From assembly GCF_009914755.1 (NCBI RefSeq), contig NC_060938.1: a stretch of 64,000 nucleotides of DNA, one strand, 5' to 3'. Of this stretch, positions 43,988 through 59,240 are shown in pieces. A model generated the notes under the pieces. The model was given only the letters and a program-made list of their open reading frames with translations. It was not told the origin of the DNA and did not search any database. This stretch comes from the human T2T-CHM13v2.0 reference genome, Homo sapiens. The stretch's first letter is position 1, and each line of letters begins with the position of its first letter. The position numbers and the translations under genes are program-made.

Positions 43988-46900
43988 AAAAGGCACAGAG
44001 GGAAAAGTTGGATAAAGATGTAAGACTCAATTGTATGCTGTCTACAAGAGACTCATCTCACATGCAATGACACCAATAGGTTCAAATTAAAGGGATGTAG
44101 AAAAATCTAACAAGCAAATGGAAAATAGAAAAAAATGTAAGGGCTGTTAATCTAATTCCAAACAAAACAGACTTCAAACCAACAAAAATCAAAAAAGACA
44201 AAGAAGGACATTATATAATGGTAAAGGGCTCAATTCAACAAGGAGACCTAACTATCCTAAACATATATGCACCCAACACAGGAGCACCCAGATTCATAAA
44301 ACAAGTTCTTAGAGACCTATGAAGATATTTAGTTAACCACAAGATAATAGTGGGAGACTTCAACACCCCCATTGACAGTATTAGACAGATCAACAAAGCA
44401 TAAAACTAACAAAGATATTTGGGACCTAAACTCAACATTTGACCAAATGGGCCTAACAGACATCTACAGACCTCTCCACCCAAACAAAACAGAATATACA
44501 TTCTTCTCATCTGCACATGGCACATTCTAAATCGACCACCCAATCAGCTATAAAACAATCCTCAGAAAATTTGACAAAAAAAAAATCATAGCAAATATAC
44601 TGTCAGATGACAGTGTGATAATATAGAAATAGAAATCAATACTAAGAAAATCACTAAAAATCATACAATTACATGGAAGTTAAACAATCAGCTATGAATG
44701 ACTTCTGAGTAAACAATAAAATTAAGGCAGAAATCAAGAAATTCTTTGAAATTAATGAGAACAAAGATACAACATACCAGAATTGCTGGGACACAGATAA
44801 AGCAATGTTCAGAGGAAAGTTCATAGTGCTAAACACCCATATCAAAAAGTTAGAAAGATCTCAAATTAACAACCTAAGATCACAACAAGAGGAAGTAGAG
44901 AAACAAGAGCAAACCAGCCCCAAAGCTAGCAGAATACAAGAAATAACCAAAATCAGAGCTGAACTGAAGGAAATTGAGATGCAAAAAAGAAAAAAAAAAT
45001 ACAAAAATCAATGAATCCAGGAGTTTCTTCTTCGAAAGAATAAATAAAACTGATAGACTGCTAGCTAGATTAATAAAGAAAAAGAGAAAATCCAAATAAA
45101 CACAATCAGAAATGAAAAAACAGACATTACCACCAACCCCATATAAATTCAAAAAACTCTCAGGGACTACAACAAACACCTCTATGCACACAAACAAGCA
45201 AACCTAGAAGAAACAGATAAACTCCTGGAAACATACAACTTACCAAGATTGAGCCAGGAAGGAATTGAATCCTTGAACAGACAAATAACAAATTCTAAAT
45301 TTGAATTCATAATAAAATACCTACCAACAAGAAAAAGCCCAGGACCAGATGAATTGACAGCCAAATTCTACCAGATATATAAGGAAGAGCTGGTAGCATT
45401 CCTACTAAAACTACTCACAAAAAACTGAGAAGGAGGGGCTCCTCCCTAACTCATTCTATGAGGCCAGCATCATCTTGATACCAAAACCTGGCAAAGACAC
45501 AGACACAACAAAAAAAGAAAACTTCAGGCCAATATCCTTGATGAACATAGATGCAAAAATCCTCAACAAAATATTAGCAAACAATTCAGCAGCAAATCAA
45601 AAAGCAAATCCACCGCAATAAAGTAGGCTTTATCCCTGGAATGCAAGGTTGGTTTAACATATGCAAATCAATAAATGTGATTTACCATATAAAGAGAACT
45701 AGAAACAAAAACCATGTAATCATTTCAATAGACGCAGAAAAGGCTTTTGATAAAATTCAGCATGCCTTCATGTTAAAAACCCTAACAAACTAGCCATTGA
45801 AAGAACACACTTCAAAATAATAAGATCTATCTATGACAAACCCACAGCCAACATCACACTGAGTGGGCAAAAGATAGAAGCATTCCCCTTGAGAACTAGA
45901 ACAAGATAAGGATGCTCACTCTCACCATTCCTATTCAACATAGTGCTGGAAGTCCTAGCCAGAGAAATCAGGCAAGAGAAAGAAATAAAAGGCATCTAAA
46001 TAGGAAGAAGGGAAGTCAAACTATCTCTGTTTGCAGACAATATGATTCTATACCTAGAAAACCCCATAGTGTCTGCCCAAAAACTCCTAGATCTGATAAA
46101 CAATTTTAGCAAAGTTCCAGGATAGAAAATCAATGTACAAAAATCAGTAGCATTTCTATACATCAACAACATCCAAGCTGAGAATGAAATCAAGAACACA
46201 GTCCCATTCACAATAGCCACAGAAAGAAAAAATTCCTAGGAATACAGCTAACTGGGGAGGTGAAAAATCTCTATAATGAAAAAACAAAATACTGCTCAAA
46301 CAAATCAGAGATGACACAAACAAATGGAAAAACATTCCATGCTCACAGATAAGAAGAATCAATATTGTTAATGTGACCATATTGCCCAAAGCTATTTACA
46401 GATTCAAGGCAATTGCTAGCAAACTACCAATGACATTCTTCACAGAATTAGAAAAAAAACTATTTTTAAATTCACATGGAACCAAAAAAGAGCCCGAATA
46501 GCCAAGGCAATCCCAAGCAAAAAAACAAAGCTGGAGGCATCACATTACCTGACTTCAAACTACACTACAAGTCTACAATAACCAAAATAGCATGGCACTG
46601 GTACAAAAACAGACACATAGAGGAATGGAACAGAATAGAGAGCCCAGAAATAATGTCACACACCTACAACCATCTGATCTTCAACAAAGTTAACAAAAAC
46701 AAGCAATGAAGATAGGATTCTCTATTCAATAAATGGTGCTGGGATAACTGGCTAGCAACATGCAGAAGACTAAAACTGGACCCCTTTCTTACACATACAA
46801 AAATCATGTCAAGGTGGATTAAAGGCTTAAATGTAAGACTTAAAACTATAAAAACTCTAGAAAATAACCTAGGAAATACCATTATGAACACAGGCCCTGG

Positions 46901-47843
46901 CTAAAATTTCATGACAAAGACAACAAAAGCAATTGCAACAAGAATGAAAATTGATGAATGGAACCTAATTAAACTGAAGAACTTCCGCACAGCAAAAGAA
47001 ACTAACATTAGAGTAAACAGACAACCTATAGAATAGGAGAAAATACTTGCAAACTATGCATCCAACAAAGGTCTAACATCCAGAATCTACAAGGAACTTA
47101 AACAAATTAACAAGCAAAAAAGAAACAACCCCATTAAAAAGTGGGCAAAGGACATGAACAGACACACTTCAAAAGAAGACATATACACAGCTAATAAGCA
47201 TATTTAAAAAGTTCAATATCACTAATCATTAGAGAAATGCAAATCAAAACTACAATCTCACACCAGTCAGAATGACTATTATTAAAATGTCAAAAAATAA
47301 CAGATGCTGGCAAAGTTGCAAAAAAACAGGGAACACTTACACACTGCTGGTGGGAATGTAAATTAGTTAAGCCTTTGTGGAAAGCAATGTGGTGATTTCT
47401 CTAAGAACTTAGAACTACCATTTGACCCAGTAATTCCATTTTTGAGTATATACCCAAAATAATATAAATCATTCTACCATAAAGACACAGGCACATGTAT
47501 GTTCACTGCAGCACGATTCACAATAGGAAAGGCATGGAATCAACCTAAATGCCCATCAACTGTAGACTGGATAAAGAAAATGTGGCACATATATACCATG
47601 GAATATTATGCAGCAATAAAAAAGAATGAGATCATGTTCTTTGCAGCAATATGGATGGAACTGGAGGCCATTATCCTAAGGGAACTGACAAAGGAACAGA
47701 AAACCAAACACCACATTTTCTCACTTACAAGTGGGAACTAAACATTGAGTACACACAGACATAAAAAAAGAAACAACAGACACTGGGTCCTACTTGAGGG
47801 TGGAGAGTAGTAGGAGAGAGAGGATCAAAAAACTACTTATTGG

Positions 47844-48180
<337 letters not shown>

Positions 48181-48259
48181 CTATGATTATTAACTGGGTG
48201 ATGAAATAATCTGTACACCAAGCCCCTATAACAAACACACACATGGACCCCCGAACCTA

Positions 48260-48666
<407 letters not shown>

Positions 48667-49077
48667 TTAATTTTTAAAACCTTGAGCTTTATGAATTTAC
48701 AGATTTTCTCAATTTTAAGTGCAATTTTACTATATCTTGAAAATAAAATATTTTCCCTAAAAAAAAAGTAGGGTCTTTTTCTCAGTCAACCTTCTGACAA
48801 TGTACCCACATCCTATATTTCCAGTCACATTTATATCTTAACATCAGTCCTGGAGAAGACTAGGTCTTGTATTCTATAGTAAAAACAGAAATTTTCTTAA
48901 AAGAAGAAGCTTTGAAATAAGTCAAGAGGAAGAATGATTCGAATTACAATGCAAAAAGGGAGCAAATAAAGAGGCCAAAGCCTCATACTCAAACATCTTT
49001 ATGAACGAAATACAGTACCTCAAACTTGTCTCTTTCGCTCAATTCAAAATAAATTCACCATTAAATCATATCTTGAC

Positions 49078-49573
49078 TCTCATCAGTACCTGATTTAGAT
49101 GATATTTAGATGAAACTTTGAACTTCAGATTTTTGAGTTGATGCTGGAATGAATTAAGACTTTTGGGACTATTGGAATTAAATTAATGTATTTTTCCTGT
49201 AAGAAAGACATGAATTCTGGGGGACCAGGGGCGGAATGCTATGATCTGAATATTTATGTCCTCAAAAATTCATATGTTGAAACACTAACCCCCAAGTTGG
49301 TGGCATTAGGAGGAAAGAGCCCTCATAGTAGGGATTAGTGCCTTTATAAAACAGGCCCCAGAGAGCAAGTTTGCTCCTTCCACAAACTAATGACCCATCT
49401 AGAAGACACCATCTGTGAACCAGAAAGTGGGTCCTCACCAGACACTGAATCTGCTGGCACATTGATTTTGCACTTCCAGCCTCCAAAACTGTGAGGCAAT
49501 TTTGTTTATAAACTTGTTTATAAGCCAACTAGTTTATGGTATTTCTTTATAGCAGCCTGAATAAACTAAGACA
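49078..49573 (+). mobile_element. MLT1A0-like MaLR: internal 3' end with polypurine tract, then LTR (49237-49573)
   Basis: GAATTCTGGGGGACCAGGGGCGGAA followed by TGCTATG..; LTR ends CTAAGACA. Confidence 0.85.
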
Positions 49574-49808
49574 ACCATCATCCAAGGTTGGAAGGGTGAA
49601 TCCTTCTCACATTTAACATCAGAAAGTTGGTTTCACTTCTCATTTGTTTCCATAAAAAGATAAGCTTCTGTTCATCATTCTTCTTATTGACTTGTTCTAT
49701 GACAGTGACAATCTTCCTGGATTGATGTCAGAGATGTCTTCATCCTCGGATGAAAGTTGCTCTAGTGAGAAATTTATTTTCAATGTGTCCCTTTGGCACA
49801 AATATCAT

Positions 49809-50346
49809 TATGGTTGTTTTCAGATATGTCCACAAGTCTTCTGATACTCCTCTTTTTGATAGAGCTTAATTCTCCTCCACTTGAGTGTGGTCTGTACTTA
49901 GTGACTCTCTTCTGAATAAATAAATTGTGGCAGAAATGACAGAGCATAACCTCCAAGGGTCAGTCATAAAATACACTATTTCCCATCTTGTTCTTTCTCT
50001 TGGATCACCCACTCTTGGAAACTAGCTGCCATGTTTTGAGGACACTCAACAGCCCTAGGGATAGGGTCTATGCAGCAAAGAACTGAAGTCTCCTCCCAAC
50101 AACCTGCACGAATTTCCAGACATATGAGTGAGCCACCATGTAAGTAGGTCCTCCAGCTCCATTCACACCTTCAGAGGACTGTGGCCCTGGCCAACAGTAA
50201 CCACAGGAGAGACCCTGTGCCAGAATCACTCAGCTAATTCCTCCTGGATTCCTGGTCCACAGAAACCATGTGAGATAATAAATGTTACTGTTTTAAGCAA
50301 CAAAGTTTTGAGGTAATTTGTCACACAGTAATAGACAACTAATACA
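49809..50346 (+). mobile_element. MLT1F-like LTR
   Basis: CTCCACTTGAGTGTGG..CCACAGAAACCATGTGAGATAATAAATG..AACTAATACA. Confidence 0.82.
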
Positions 50347-51273
50347 GCCACGATTATCAATTAAAATTAATTAGGCACCTACCCTGTGTAAGACAGCATG
50401 TGCCCCATGTATGTATGTATATACGGCATCCTTCCTGAATAGGTCTTGCATTTTCTTCAATGACATTTGTGAATCCTGGGGGAAAGTTGTGAAACAAGAG
50501 CTTCCATTCCGACTATCAACTAAACTCATTTCGAGAAACAGGTTTCCCCACCCACTCTTTTCTTCACTCTGGAAAGGACTTTGTTTGTTGTTTAAAAACA
50601 AGTCATGCTGTTATCATGGATGTCTTCAGAATCTGACACCATGCCATATTTATGTTTTGTTCTATTTGTTGCCTTCCAAGTGCAGCTGAGACACAGCAAC
50701 ATTTTCAGATAACAGGAGAAGAAAACAAATTCTTGGAAGAAAGCTGTCACCCAATTTTATTGGCAGCACAAAACTAAGTTTTTAGCTAACAGGACACACA
50801 TAAATATCACTGATGCTTGCTTATTCCGAATGTTATGTCTCCCTGGCTCATCATTAACAATACAGATCAACACCCAAGACTCACAAATAGAGAGGGAATG
50901 TGAATGCCAACAGAATGACAGTGCCTGTGGATGGCACAGATGATCTAGCAGCTATTTAGAAAATTTCATCTCGGGTGCTAACTCTAGGCAGTGAATGGAA
51001 CAGATTCTTTCATCTGATTTACACTTTATGGCTGTTCCACTTTTAAGGAGGCCTGAGAAATGTCTGCCTGCATCCCAACTAATGTTTCTTCTTCTGTACT
51101 CACTCTCTGAAAGACTCTATAGGCCATGCCTTTCCTCCCTCCCCAAGAGACTGGCCCCTCAGGACCCAACCAGAGCTTCTCTCCAGGTCACCAATCCATA
51201 GCTCCAAGCAAATGCCATTCAGAGAATGAAACACATCAGTGCTTAACACTTTTGGCAAGAAGTAGAAGCCATT

Positions 51274-51500
51274 AGACACCCTAGGTTGGAATCCTGGCTT
51301 AGCCATTTCTCAGGTTTGTGACCCTCAGCAAGTTACTCAATCTCTTTCAGTTTCAGATTCCCAGCTATAAAATAGTATGATAGACTAGTCCCCATTTCCC
51401 AAGGTTATAAGGAGATTTAAATGAGGCAATACGGGTAAAGCACTAAGTGGTACCTGGCTTACAGCCTATGGTCAAGAAATAATAGCTGTCACTATTTTTA
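51274..51500 (+). mobile_element. MIR
   Basis: GGTTGGAATCCTGGC..TGTGACC..AAGTTACTCAA..TTAAATGAG. Confidence 0.75.
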
Positions 51501-52219
51501 TCATAATTGCATGACTATATGGCCAGTAGAAAGCTGTTTCTCAATTAGTGCCCTTGTAAAGAACAACTGCCTACCTGGGATCTAGGGGGCACATGTCCCT
51601 GTTCCCCCCATCTTCCTGCCCTGCAAAGCCCTAGAGTCTTCCACTTTGTTGTCTTTCAGAAGCAATCACACCACTTTGCCAAACAACTCCCAGGAGTCAA
51701 ACAGTTTCTGGGTTAAGGCAGATCACACAGTTAGAGGGAGCTTTGAGTATGGAGGGTCTATAGCTAGTGCCACTTCAGGTGAGTCCAAACACCTGGACTC
51801 CCTAAATGAAAGAACTCCCTAAATTCTGGTCAAAAGTGGGTGGGGGCTCAGCTACAAAGAACAGTAAGTCTTGCTTTCCCATAAGTATTTTATATGTGGC
51901 ATGCTTGCAAAACCACAGACATCCCCGTGAGAGATGCCAACTCTAAGACCAACCCTACATACAAGCCGATTAGCAAGTCACCAGCAGGACATAGTCTCTG
52001 GGCCACCCAAAGGCTCATGAGAATCTGAAGTTTCTTTACAGGGACCAGGACTTTTATTCCACAAACACAGATATTTCATTAAGCAAATATAACTGGAAGA
52101 AGTAATCCAAAATAGCTGATCTTAGATCATTTCACCTGAGGGTAAGTTTTAAGAGAGTGGAAAGGGGAGAAGGCAGAAGCCAGAAGGCAGGAGATGACTG
52201 GTTGGGAGGTAAAACACTA

Positions 52220-52665
52220 AGCATGCTCTCTGGAAAGCAGAGCCAAAACAAGAAGTGTGAGAAACTGTTTAGGGAAAATGCCTGTGAGAGAAGATACATG
52301 GGGAGGGAGCCAGAAGAGACTTGGAGAACTGTCAGAAGTACAATGAAGACCTGACCTCAAGTAAAGAGGAGAGTGAAGGAAAGACGGAAGATAAGAAGGA
52401 AGCACGTAAGACTGCAGTGCAGTTACACATTCAACAAGGCCACTGGGGAGTCCCCAGGCCAAAATCACTTGAAAGAGGAATTCTGTGCCTCCGAGATGCA
52501 GGCCTGCCTTAGTGTTCCAGCCTGGTTTAGTCCCTGGCCAGGAGCAGCCCATGGGAGGCACGGCTTCAGCAGAAATGTGTTGATAGACTTCAGAGCACAG
52601 TAGCTGGGGTCTTCCATTGATTGCATTTCGTGGAGAGACCAGAGGCAAATCCCATGGCTGCCACA
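52220..52665 (-). mobile_element. LTR16-like ERVL LTR
   Basis: Minus strand begins TGTGGCAGCCATGG; purine-rich body with GGAGCAGCCCATGGGAGGCA motif. Confidence 0.65.
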
Positions 52666-54295
52666 TAAATAAAGGTTGGAAGTTGAAGAAAACCAGTAGT
52701 GTCTCATGTTGCACTAGAACCAGCCCTGCCAGCATCAACATTAGACAGAGGATTTTAGCACCTCACACCAGGTCACAGAGAACCATCATAGCTTTTGGTC
52801 CCACAAAAAACTAATATGGACACACTGAGCCAAACAACCTTCCTTAACGCTTAGTTGTTTTTTGTTTGACTTATGTCTTAGAATTCCCACCCAAGTCCCC
52901 TACAGCATGTGATCTAGAATAGAATAGGTTCCATGACAGCAGATCCTATTCTCTCCTTTCTCCCCTCTCCCATGGAGGCAGCAATAAGCCCTGGGCAGAG
53001 GAAGAGGGAATGTTGTCTGAGGCTGTTGTACCAGGGAGATCAAGATTAGGGTGAGCTACCTGGCAAAGGCAAGGGAGATGAATCAAGGAAATTGAAAACA
53101 ATTTTTTTCCATTTCAAAACTTTGCCAGCTGTTTACCTAGACAAGAGGGAGAAGAGGATTACATCTTTCATGAGGACATTCACCTAGATGGCACTTTCCA
53201 AGGAGAACTGGCTCTCTTGAGCTTCTGCTGGCCCTCAGCCCTTCAGGGCATAAGTGGTTAGAGAGAGTCTGTCCCCTTTTGATACTGAATTGAGCCTCAT
53301 TTTCTATCGAAAAAGAACTCCAGCTCCCTCTGGCAAAGTTGGCTAAGAAAGCTATCTGTTGGCAAATAACTGTTTTCAGCTCCCTAATAGCCATGATGAA
53401 ACTCCACAGGTACCTGATAAGAGATGTGGTTGACTCAAGGGGTGCATTAATAGAACCAAAAGAAAGGTAAAGTAGGTGGTCCTACAAAGCTCGCTTTGAC
53501 AAAGAGCATCCTGCAGGTCCTATTTCATTTAAAACATCCTTAAGAGGCTTGCTATATGCCCTATATTGTTTCTAAATTATAGAAGGAGTTATATTCATAA
53601 ATTTTATCCAGAGCATATAGAACAGAGAATTAATGTGGCCAGAAAGGCGAAAATAGAATAAGTAGGTCTAATACTTACAGGTAAAATAATTAAAACAATA
53701 TTACCCCCAAACAGAGGAGGAAATGGGAGGTATTTAATTGTGCTGTATCACTATTAATGTTTTCTTTTAAAGATGAGATTTTATATATAAATACATAGAC
53801 ATTATCTGCAAATAAAATAATTTCTTCTTCAAGCATACATAGGAATTTGTCTGGGGTATTTTTTTTCTATACTCTACAGAGCTGCGACCCAAGAGATACA
53901 TTACACTTACTGCAGAAATTATTTATCCCATGTATTTGTTAAGATTGAATATTCATCTTTTCTTGAATAGCAGACTGATTATAACATTGAAATCTTGCAT
54001 AATTTTCCCAAAGATTTTCACTTAATAACTAAGCTAAATGTGCATTCAAAACAGCCTCTGAGCAGCCATGGTGCATTCACTCCCTACCTGCCTTCTGCTC
54101 AGTGCAGGTCCAGTGGCTGGATCCGCTCTCTGCCTATGGGCCATTTGTGTTAAACTCGGACCACAACTCATCCTCAAGCTGGGGAACACTTTGGCCACAT
54201 CAATATAGCCACTTTCCACTTCTCAAACTGAATGGCAAAAGAAGAGGAAGGAAAATTTATAAAATGCCTGCTGTGTGCCTAGCATTGCTCTAGAG

Positions 54296-54527
54296 CAGTG
54301 CCTGTCATACTTTTTCACATTATTGGCATTATCTGGACGCTTTTTACCTTTTTTCCTAATCACTCCTCCCCCATTAATTCTTAATACCACAGACAGACCA
54401 TAAATCTGTTTGTGTACTATATGACTATCTGGGCTTTATACATAAAAAGAATAAAGCTTTTTTGCCCCCTTCCAAGAACCAGTTTTCATTCCCTTGAGGG
54501 CAATATTGCCCTCATTGAGAATGCATG
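54296..54527. mobile_element. hAT-Charlie-like DNA transposon
   Basis: Terminus GGGCAATATTGCCCTCATTGAGAATGCATG; flanks CTCTAGAG / TACTAGAT resemble an 8-bp hAT TSD. Confidence 0.6.
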
Positions 54528-54562
54528 TACTAGATGCTCTACCTCATCCATGTAGCCTTATT

Positions 54563-55165
<603 letters not shown>

Positions 55166-56036
55166 AAATCCAAAACCTTAGAAGTATTACAAAGTGTATC
55201 TTAACAAAGAGAAAACATATGTTTAGAGAGAAAGAAAATAATTGGCCCAAGTCCACACTGTTGTGAAAGGCTGAAACTGGGACCGAAGGCCAGGGTCTTC
55301 AAGACACCAAAATATGCATTTTCCTGTCTATATCACCTCCATTATACCATGAAGCTCACAAAAGATACCCCTGGATAACTCCAAATGGTGTCCCCCATTG
55401 AACACAAACCACTGAGAGAATACTCTCCTGTTTTCCCCTTCCAAAAAGCATACATATTACTCTTCCAAACATAGGGAAACCATGCCTTAAGTGATCTCCT
55501 TAGATAGATAGCAGTGCTTTTCCCAGCAAAAGGCACCGAGTTCCTTCCTTCCTCTCATCTTAGGATGAAGAAGGCCATTTGATATCATGCAAAATATCAA
55601 GGTCTAGGAATCAAGAAACTGACCCCATCCCCAGGTCTGCTAGGCTGTGATCTTGGGCCCATCACCCTCCTCTCTGGTCCTCGGTTTCTTCATTCGCTCT
55701 TTGAGCCAAATCAGCTTTATAAGTTGCAGAATTCTGGGATTACAACGCTAGTGTGAAAGGTGGCAGCCATGACAAGTACAAGCCCAGCACCACGTAAGTC
55801 TGCATTTTACCCACACCTGCTCAGCAAGCCAACCCAGCGCCGAAAGGAACAAGCACAAGTCTCTGCCACAGTTCTGGGAAGGCAGCACCTTGTCCTAGTT
55901 CATCTGACGGCATCCCCTGGCCAGGTCAATCTAAACAAAAAGGGACATTCTGTCCCCATCCCAGGCCCACCAGCAGAGGAGACGTGGGCAAGAGAAGCTT
56001 AGAATGACTCATTAGCAGATCTAGCCTTGCTTCTTT

Positions 56037-56362
<326 letters not shown>

Positions 56363-56640
56363 TGATGCTATATTTCCTTAACTTGAAAACATTGAGTAGC
56401 GATTAATGTCATTAGATAATGACAAAGATGATGGTTTTATGTCTGATGTGATGCAAAAAAAAGGTGCATATGGCCTACAGAGGTCTTAGAATGACAGCCA
56501 TGCATATGTTTTATATTAACATTTTATAACATGAGAGTAATCCTGTGCATGTGGTTTTGAGTTCTTTTTAACTTAAAAAGTTGTGAACATTACTTGTGAA
56601 CATATTCCCATGGCTTTAAATTATTTTCTAAACTATAATT

Positions 56641-56894
56641 TTTTTATTTTTTTATTTCAATAGCTTTAGGCATACAAGTGGTTTTTGGTTATCTGGATGA
56701 ATTATATAGTGGTGAAGCCTGGGATTTTACTGTATCCTTCACCCTGTATTGTACATTGTACCCTAATAGGTAGTTTTTCATCCCTCATCTCCCTCCCACT
56801 CTCCCCACTTCTGAGTCTCTAATGCCCATTATACCACTCTGTATGCCTTTGCATACCCATAGCTTAGCTCCCACTTACAAATGAGAACATGCAA
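56641..56894 (-). mobile_element. 5'-truncated L1PB-type 3' end
   Basis: TTTATTTCAATAGCTTTAGG..ACCCATAGCTTAGCTCCCACTTACAAATGAGAACATGC; degenerate TSD AAAC(T/C)AT(A/G)ATT. Confidence 0.85.
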
Positions 56895-57207
56895 AAACCA
56901 TGATTTTTAATGGTAGTTTATGTTCCATCCTAAAAGTACACCATCGATTATTTAGCAATTTCTCTCTTGTAAAATGATTAGATTATTTCCAATTCTTGTA
57001 TTCTATATAAAGCTACTAGAACATCCTTGTAAATAGATTTTTGTGTGAATCTCTAATTGTTTTCATATGATAAATTTCTAGAAGTGGAATTACAAAGTCA
57101 AAGCAGGTAAATGTTTTCAAGACTCCTGAACATATCATCAAATTCCAATGGAAAGATAATATAACTTTTTCCTCCCACTACCAGTACATGAGAGGTTCTA
57201 TGTCACC

Positions 57208-57314
57208 TATATGTCTCAGTTTCCTTATCTATAAAATGGAGATAATAGTATATACCTAATAAGGTCATTGTGCAGATTAAATTAATGTAAGTGAAGTGTT
57301 TAAAATGGTGCTTA
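57208..57314 (+). mobile_element. Internal MIR fragment embedded in L1ME
   Basis: CTCAGTTTCCTTATCTATAAAATGGAGATAATAG core; lacks both MIR ends. Confidence 0.75.
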
Positions 57315-57867
57315 CACTCTTGTCAACTATAGTTTTGTCATTTTTCAAAATATCTGCCAACGTATTTGGTTAAAAAATAATATATTGTGGCTTTAATTGC
57401 TATTTCCTTGATTATTATTGGAGTTGAAGATGCTTCCAAATTTCTTCACTTTTGAAGTCTTTGTTGATATCCTTTGCTTATAAAAGGAAAATTTTCAAAA
57501 ATCTTCCTAATAACACCCTTTGTGATTCATCCTACTTAATGATTCTTACATCAGCTGGAAAAAAATAGTGCATTTTTGAGACTCAAAAATTCAAACCAGT
57601 TCTAATTTTTCATTACTCTATTTTTGTTTTATGGCAATTATCACTTACTTTTCTGCAAGGCTGAAAGAAAAAAAAAAAACTAGCATAGGTTTTTGTTTCC
57701 TTAATGCCTTTCAGCATTAGCCACACCTGAATGAGCCTCTACTGTTTTAGGAAGCCACATCATCTGATATTTAACTGAAAAAAAATGGAAATAGTGAAAA
57801 GTTTTGTGCAAAGAAACAAATTCTGTTCCCAAGACCCTCAAACAATCAGACTCTCAATGTTTCTTAG

Positions 57868-58021
57868 CATAGGTTCTTCAATCACCCCATTCCCTGGGAG
57901 AATTCATTCAAAAGGCATATTTTAATGCCCCTCCTCAGACCTCCTTACTTAGAATCTCAGATCAGTGGCCCTAGAATCTGACAACTTCACAAGCTTCTCA
58001 AGTGATTATCTGAGAATCACA
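57868..58021. mobile_element. MER5-like hAT element
   Basis: CAGACC..AGAATCT..GGCCCTAGAATCTG..CAAGC..AGTGATT. Confidence 0.55.
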
Positions 58022-58167
58022 AGACTAAAGTATATCTTGTTTGCCAAAGCATGTGGTTTATAATCTGTTTTACAAAAAAATAATTAAACCAAAGGTAGAA
58101 ATCCATCTTCAGAACTATGGCAGATTTGAAGCATTATTATTTCTATTAAGCATGGATTTCCCACTAA

Positions 58168-58772
58168 GTTACTAACTCGAGTTAAACTGAAATAGATGAA
58201 AGGATAAGAATACAGTTTTAAAAAGTTTATTCAAACAAAAAGCTGGAAATAGCCATCTGGGAGACACAGACTCCAGAGAAAAGGGGTTGGTGCTCTGACA
58301 TTAAAAGTTAACTTCTTGTTTATATAGGAAGAAAACAAAGAATTTTAGTAGGATTATAACATTTTCTATACAAGGCTAATTTATGAATTACAGCAATTTA
58401 ATTGGTTACACTGTTTTCCCATACAGCTTGTTTTGATTTCCTTTTCAATTTAAAAAGAAGATATTTAACATTCCACATTAAGACAATGTGATAGCAATGA
58501 AGTCTTTGTGTAAGAAAAGTAAGAGGGAAGATAAATCGATCATCTATAATGAAAATCAACAGTGAAGCAGAAAGGGGTCTTCTCTGGCACCCTTTAGTCA
58601 TTTACAACATTTTACAAAACAATGTAAGTAAGGAAGAAGACTAATCTATAATCCGAGAAACAAAGGTTACAACTGCCTGTCACATGACTCAGGCCCAATA
58701 ATGGCATTCCTTTAAGGCTCAAAATAATTTAGAGTTCCAACAACTTAGATTTTTGAATTACTTATATTTACA
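58168..58772 (-). mobile_element. ERV1-class LTR (MER39/MER34-like)
   Basis: Minus strand begins TGTAAATATAAGTAATTCAAAAATCTAAGTTGTTGGAACTCTAAATTATTTTGAGCCTTAAAGGAATG. Confidence 0.65.
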
Positions 58773-58834
58773 CCCATCAATACAGCTAAATCGTGAGAGA
58801 AACTTGCTATTCCTCATCTCTACCCCACCCTCTT

Positions 58835-59240
58835 TCTAGCTGTGTGACTTTAACAAGTGACTTTCTGAGGCTCAATTTCCTCATTTGTAAAGGGGGGACA
58901 TCATGGCACTCTGTCTCACAGAATTATTCCAAGAATCGACTTAGACTATATATGTTAAGTGTCTAACACAATTTCTAGCACCAAAAAAATGACAGCTGTT
59001 ACAGCGGTGGGATGAAAATTTATACAGCTGAGGTGGAGGAGAAAAAGGTCCATAGGAACAACCAATAATTTTGGAACACTACAGTCTACAAACCACTTTC
59101 ACATATCTCATTTGATCCTTTGAATATTTCCACGAGATAGGAGGAAAACCTATTGCTATATTCCTTTCACAGACTGAGGCAACTGAAGCTTGACCAAAGC
59201 TATATAGTTAGTTAGTGGTAGAGCTTGAACTTCTGACTCT
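58835..59240. mobile_element. Two MIR fragments (plus ~58835-59000, minus ~59085-59240)
   Basis: CTAGCTGTGTGACTT..CTCAATTTCCTCATTTGTAAA; ATCTCATTTGATCCT..GAGGCAACTGAAGC. Confidence 0.65.

Larger units (their letters stand above)
56500..57480 (-). mobile_element. Ancient L1ME-type fragment (host of L1PB and MIR pieces)
   Basis: GATAAATTTCTAGAAGTGGAATTAC; CTCCCACTACCAGTACATGAGAG; TTTAATTGCTATTTCCTTGATTA. Confidence 0.7.

Noticed and set aside
52217-52741. 174-aa minus-strand ORF, the longest in the track
   Set aside because: Lies almost entirely within an LTR16-like relic; non-ATG start; no recognisable domain
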